DNA of 64,000 nucleotides, taken from positions 76,818,001 to 76,882,000 of the forward strand of contig OX597825.1 in assembly GCA_951406725.2 (NCBI GenBank), written 5' to 3'. Positions within the stretch are counted from its first letter, which is position 1. Every line of letters starts with the position of its first letter. The translations under genes and the position numbers were made by a program. Below the pieces are notes generated by a model that saw nothing but the letters and a program-made list of their open reading frames with translations, did not search any database and was not told the DNA's origin. The stretch comes from Octopus vulgaris. Its lineage: Eukaryota. Positions 58,055-64,000 of this stretch are shown in pieces.

Positions 58055-59279
58055 CTCTGTAATAGTTCTTGTCCATGATAACTTTTGCTCCACTTTTGTC
58101 AAATTCTTTGAAAATTATCGAAGAGTTTTTCTGTAAATGTTTTAATGTTAGGTTTACATTTCCTCTCTGTTATATTAGATTGAGCTAATTATCGTAGGTA
58201 GCTAATATATTCTTCGAGATTTTTGTCTCTATGTTCACGTGAGGTCTGAATCCTGTTCTGTTTTTAACCAATGATTTGTCTGTGTGTCCAGTGTTTAGAA
58301 AAAAAATCTCTCCATCGTTATTTACGACAAAATTCTTCCGTGTTGGGTTTTGGGGTGGGTGTAAATTTCAATCCATCTTCCAGAAGTTTAATTCCTTCTT
58401 TGGACAATTTCTTAGTGGATAAATTTAGTATTTTTGGCTTGCTTATATGTTTGTTTTCTGATATCTCAGGAAGAATGGAGTTATTTAATTTTTTGTGGGT
58501 GGGAGTAGATCTTCTGTCTTAGAAAATAGTTTCCATTGGAATTGGGAATGTTTATGTGGGAATTTTGTATTTTTCTCTATGTAAATATTTCAGGCTGGTT
58601 ATTCATGGGTAAGTATGCTCTTGGTTGTTGGATTGGGGGTCGACTCGTTATTCTGTTGTTGTTCCATGTGGTTCGTTTGGGTCTATGATTTTGTCTCTGG
58701 AAAGTTCTATTTGTTCTTTGGTTGCGGTTCTATGTTCTCTTGTTTCTTGTTATATCTGCGTATAATCGCAAATTTGTGTTTCTTAGAAGACTGAAGTATC
58801 TTCGTCTATTTTGTGAGAAAACTTCCTTTCTTTTGGTGTTGTTTTAAGGTCTGATGGTTGTCGTAGTAGGTCGGTGTTTAGGTTTTATCTGGTTTTTCCC
58901 ATAGGTGTTTTCGTATTCGTGTAACCAGAGGATTTTTGATTCCAAGATCTTCTAAGACTTCGTCTCCTATAGTGTCGGTTTTCTACAAATCTAGAAGTCT
59001 TTTCTGGATATTCCCACTGCTTCTTTTGTTAATTTCTTCATGTATATAGGTGTCATGTTTTTAAAACATCTTCCAGGGTCGTTCTTCCGCTTTTGGAGCG
59101 CCCATGCCACTCGAAACCTTTCGCACGACCCAGTTCCTCATCGCCAAAAGCTTACCGAAGCATGTCCAATGCCTCTAACAGCCTTCCCAAGTTTAACGCA
59201 AGAACACTAGACTCCTTGGAAGAAAGCATACGAATGTATACGAAAGCGAAGACGAAAAATACGGAGAAATAGTGCACAC

Positions 59280-59283
<4 letters not shown>
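58055..59283 (-). mobile_element. Penelope-like retroelement, decayed 5'/N-terminal part
   Basis: Minus translation GLKFTPTPKPNTEEFCRK*RWRDFF, LEEYISYL, IIFKEFDKSGAKVIMDKNYY (corresponds to IIIKxADKGxxxVIMDxxxY). Confidence 0.75.
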
Positions 59284-59371
<88 letters not shown>

Positions 59372-59374
59372 TAT

Positions 59375-59820
59375 TATATAAAATCCGTTCTGTCTGTCTG
59401 TGTCTGTCTTCTACGATCTCGGGCATCCTCCATCCGATTGCGCTCAAATTTGATATGAAGATACCGACGGTAGCAGGGCGTGTATAAGTCTTGAAGAAAT
59501 TACAAAAATCCAGGTGAGAATGCGATCGATAAAGCCGTGGGAACGTGCATTTGTACGCGCAAGTACATCAGCTGTTACGATGTACTTGATGGTGCCATAA
59601 ACTCTTCGCTTGCATATCTGAGTGAATAAAATCGTTTTTCTTTGGAATGGAAAAAAAGTCTATCTTTATTTCTTCTTTTGCTGGTGTCTCAAATTTAGGT
59701 TAAATCAGTGTTTCTCAATGACGAGGCCTATTGGACGGCCGGTCAAGTTGTTTTGAGAAAATTTGGCTTAAATGTTTGACAATTCAGCACCGTCCATTGT
59801 ACGGGGCGCGTTTTGCTCGT
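59375..59820 (+). mobile_element. Non-autonomous Helitron/DINE-like element
   Basis: TATATAAAAT..GTCTGTCTGTGTCTGTC start, CCGATTGCGCTCAAATTTG motif, 3' CGGGGCGCG..GCTCGT resembling hairpin plus CTAGT. Confidence 0.45.
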
Positions 59821-60060
59821 GTATATATATATACACATATAGATAGATATACAATATATATATATATATATATATACGGTCATCATGTTGAGTTGGTCAG
59901 AAAAGAGTGATACATTGTAATGCTTAGCTTGGTCAATACATCTGTCCATAGACATTATGCGCTCTTTTGTTGGTAGTACATTTCGTTCTTTTTTTTTCTT
60001 TTTTCTCCAATAGGGAGCATTTCACATAAATAACCTCTATACACGTACGTGCACATGATT

Positions 60061-60098
<38 letters not shown>

Positions 60099-60413
60099 GT
60101 GTGTGTGTAAACACGCGCAACGCTTACTCATACATATCCATGTGTGTGTAGTTAGTGGCGCGCGGCATTAGCAACAATTTAGTATCTTCAGCTCAGCAAA
60201 CATCAGACGTTCTCCGTTCCAAATTGGATCGAACTGTCCGCCATTGCTACCACATGACAGATCGATAAAGAGCGGCCTCTAATGACAATAAGTAGTGGCG
60301 ACCTGATTGATTGGTTCTTCACCTACTAAAAGTGGTTGTTAAACAACAGCTACACCAACACCAAGGTCAACAACATCCCTATAATACTTCCAGAAGTAGC
60401 AGTAGTTGTAATG

Positions 60414-60476
<63 letters not shown>

Positions 60477-60528
60477 GCAACAATAATCATAATTATAACA
60501 ATAAATGATGATGATGATGATGATGATA

Positions 60529-60564
<36 letters not shown>

Positions 60565-60571
60565 GTGGTGG

Positions 60572-60634
<63 letters not shown>

Positions 60635-60700
60635 CGATGATGATGATGATGATGGTGGTGGTGATGATGATGGTGGTGGTGGTGGTGATGATGCAATACT

Positions 60701-61217
60701 AGGCAGTAGCTCTCATGGCTTCTCATCTTAAATGAATGGAAGTATTAGCATGTACATGTTTCGTTTTGGAATAAAAGATGGGCTACAGTAAATATTCTGC
60801 TCAATACCACAGATCTGCTTTTCAGTTGCTTGGCCATAACCAGTTGATCATGTCCCTTGCTGGCTCACGATATGTGCATCTCTCATCATGAGCATAAAAA
60901 GTGGGGTAACATCATTTACCCCATGTTGAGAGGAATTTCTTTGGAGTCTCAATAACTCACCTCTGGAAACATAGGTGTTAATCAAGGGCCTTTTGAGCAG
61001 GATTTGCTACTCTTCCTGCAGAAAATTATAATAGGGCCCAACCTGCAACGCCAAGCGCTGTTTATCTTGATAGGAGATCACCATGTCGTGCACATATGGT
61101 TGCGATGCGTGTACCTCGTGTACACTTATCAGACAAGTAGTCATTATGGGTATACTGGCCCTTTGTATATTTGTACCCCAGTGTCCCTTTGAGGGCATGC
61201 CTTGTTCTCTCACTCAA
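60701..61217 (+). mobile_element. Family D retroposon 3' region, second copy
   Basis: Homologous to 19561-20048; ends CTCTCACTCAA then (TAA)n. Confidence 0.75.
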
Positions 61218-61219
61218 TG

Positions 61220-61254
<35 letters not shown>

Positions 61255-61264
61255 TATAATAATA

Positions 61265-61475
61265 ATCCTTTCTACTATAGGCACAAAGCCTTATATTTTG
61301 GGGAGAGTAATAATCTATTGCATTGACCCCAGTGCTCAACTGGTACTTATTTTATCAAGTCCGAAAAGGATAAAAAGCAAAGTTGACCGCTGCGGAATTT
61401 GAACTCAGAATATAAAGATTGACGAAATGCCGCTAAGCATTTCGCACGGCGTGCTAACGATTCAGCCAGCTCACC
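61265..61475 (-). mobile_element. SINE family A, older subtype
   Basis: CTTTCTACTATAGGCACAA tail...GGAATTTGAACTCAG...CCAGCTCACC. Confidence 0.8.
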
Positions 61476-61727
61476 AATAATAATAATAATATTTTTATTG
61501 TCACTATGACAACGGATGGATGACATTAAAACGTCAAATTACAAAAATATTGTTCGTTTTTATAGCAGTGAATATGTTTTTGGAACAGACAAGTGATAAC
61601 AACCAGAGTAAAGAACAATAAAATCATTGAGTAATTTAGTTTAAAATACGCATATGTACATGTATTTACCGATAAATAGATTGATAGACAGACAGATAGA
61701 CAGGCACCACACACATACACACAAATA

Positions 61728-61799
<72 letters not shown>

Positions 61800-61801
<2 letters not shown>

Positions 61802-62244
61802 GTCAGGTCGCTCTAGAGTGCTACTGGTAACATGTAATCCAGTACAACCTGTTGCCTGGTCGGGACGTCGGCGACTAAACTGACAACCCCACCAGGTTCG
61901 CTTGGTGAAGAGGGTGCTGTTGGACTCCCTGTGGGATGGAAAAATAAGACCCAACAAGGGCGGAAGAGTCAACGGCCATCCAACAAAATAGCGGCCTGCC
62001 CGCCCAGCCAGTGGGATGGCGTCATCTTATGGCTAAAACAGCACGAAGAACGAAGAGAAAAGGAAAAGGGCCTCAGTACCCTGCACGTCAATCGGGCCAC
62101 TCCATGACGGCGGAGTGCAACTCGAGCGACGAGAGGATCACGTGGATGAGAAAGGCGCGATCCAGAGAGGAGTGGACAGCGTGCTGTGACCAGCAGTGTC
62201 AAATGGACGCCTGACGGACTGGTCGGTCAAAGTGATCAAAGTGA
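61800..62244 (+). mobile_element. Short non-autonomous RTE-like element (5' UTR-like part fused to a 3' end)
   Basis: GC-rich 5' part with CTGACAACCCC; 3' end WMRKARSREEWTACC...*; tandem tail TCAAAGTGA x2; flanked by (TA)n. Confidence 0.55.
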
Positions 62245-62522
62245 TATATATATATATATAGGGAGAATTAACAAAAGAGACAAAAGTTGTAGACAGGTGG
62301 TGTAGGCAACAAACATATGTATTAATTTAACGCACGGGAAGTGAAAAAGTATTTAATGTTTCGAGCCGACGCTCTTCCACAGAAAGGAACGCAGACAGAA
62401 ACAAGGAGAGAAAATATAGATTGTGTAGTGGCTAGCGATATACGCACATACATATACACACAAATATGTATATGTTTATGAACATTACGCTATTATGCAC
62501 ATATAGAAGCATATATATATAT

Positions 62523-62596
<74 letters not shown>

Positions 62597-62809
62597 GTAT
62601 ATATATATATATATATACATGTATATATACATATGTATATATGAGAGGGGTACCCAACATTAACGTTCACTGTGGGAAAGACCCGTAGTAGTTCAGGCTT
62701 CCGCCGCTAGAAGCCACTTGATGCGATCCTCATGCATCGGACTGCTGAGCGGCGTTGTCCTGTGAAGTCATACTGCCACATGGCACGTCTTTCTTTTGCA
62801 ATACTTCTC

Positions 62810-63162
62810 CCTAGACTTATTCTTTGTAAGCCTAGTACTTATTCTATCTATGTCTTTTGCTGAACCGCTAAGTTACGGGGGACATAAGCTCACCAGCATC
62901 GGTTGTCAAGCGATATATATATTCATTCAAGTGTCCTGCACGGCTACAAGCAATGTGCCATAAATAAGAATATTTTACACGATTAGGATTTGACTGTCCT
63001 TTTTAGCATGTAGGAAGTCCGCATGGTGGCCTTGTCTCCGTCTATAAATTTTTATACACTCTTATATTATAAAAATATTTACGTCTTCTGACTTTTATTA
63101 CGCCTGCTAACCACTGGCATAAATCATTATTTTAATAATTTTTACCCTTATATATACAGGTA

Positions 63163-63196
<34 letters not shown>

Positions 63197-63400
63197 CATA
63201 AATTACATATACATACACACACACACACGGCGTGGTTCTTTCAGTTCCCGTCTGCCAAATCCACTTTTAAGGCTTTGGTCGGCCCGAGACTATAGTAGGA
63301 GACACTTGCCTAAGGTGCTTGCCTAAGGTGCCACGCAGTGGGACTGAACCCGGAAGTATGTGGCTGGGAAGCATGTTTCTTACCACACCCCCACGCCTAT
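62810..63400 (-). mobile_element. SINE family B halves (62810-62915 and 63230-63400) separated by extra sequence
   Basis: Tail and head motifs match the other copies; small tandem duplication CTTGCCTAAGGTG. Confidence 0.7.
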
Positions 63401-64000
63401 GCGCATGCGCGCATTTGTATGTTAATTGCACGGTTTCTAATAGTTTTTCGTTATTCATCTGTAACCTCAATGAGTTTTCCTAGAACGTTAATAATTGCAA
63501 CATTATTAATAACAACAACAACAGAAAACAATCAATAATTACAACAACAACAACAACAACAAACAATGTAACAGGTCAAAAGCAACAACAACATCTTACA
63601 CATCGTACGGAATGCTCAAAAAGAAAAAAAAAACAAAGAACAAAAACTGCAGTACGGTAGGCCAACAGCATCACCAACAAGGAAAACCAGTAAAAAAGGG
63701 ATAAACAACAGCAATAACAACCATGACAACAACAATGACAATAGGAAGAAGGTATGCCCAAAGGCCAGGTGACATTTTAAAGGGAATTGATTAAAGACGA
63801 TATATGCCCAAGAAACAAGAAGTATTTCTAAGTCTTTAGAGAGAGAGAGAGAGAGAGACAGGGTGAGAGAGATGGGGGGAGAAGAGATGGAGTCCCACCA
63901 CGAGCGCACAGACAGATACTACAAATATATAGGAACGCACGGAGGAAGGAGGAGGAAGTGGAGGAAGAAGGAAGAGGAGGTGAAGTAGGAGAAGGAGGAG

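Overview
Eukaryotic, repeat-saturated, largely non-coding genomic DNA. It is inferred to be octopus (coleoid cephalopod) from the tRNA-derived SINE families and the extreme microsatellite load. Almost all ORF-track entries are translations of (TA)n, (CA)n, (TATG)n, (ATCT)n and trinucleotide tracts. Recognisable content: (1) roughly 20 copies each of two SINE families, A (tRNA head plus Meta-like core) and B (tRNA/CORE-like head, internal (TA)n(TG)n microsatellite, separate tail); (2) decayed non-LTR retrotransposon fragments of the RTE, R4/Dong (RLE), L1/Tx1 and Penelope groups; (3) mariner, hAT and Helitron-like non-autonomous elements. No intact, nameable host gene is visible. A strong 9-nt microexon candidate (50450-50458, minus) and a possible minus-strand terminal exon (40295-40498) suggest the window may be mostly intronic. 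Best leads: an apparent GGTAT target preference of young SINE-A that makes it insert into its own head and form tandem arrays; a near-complete minimal hammerhead ribozyme at 40737-40782 plus related motifs; SINE-B internal microsatellites acting as landing sites for Penelope-like elements; and the microexon. All coordinates were read by eye and may be off by a few bases at degenerate ends.
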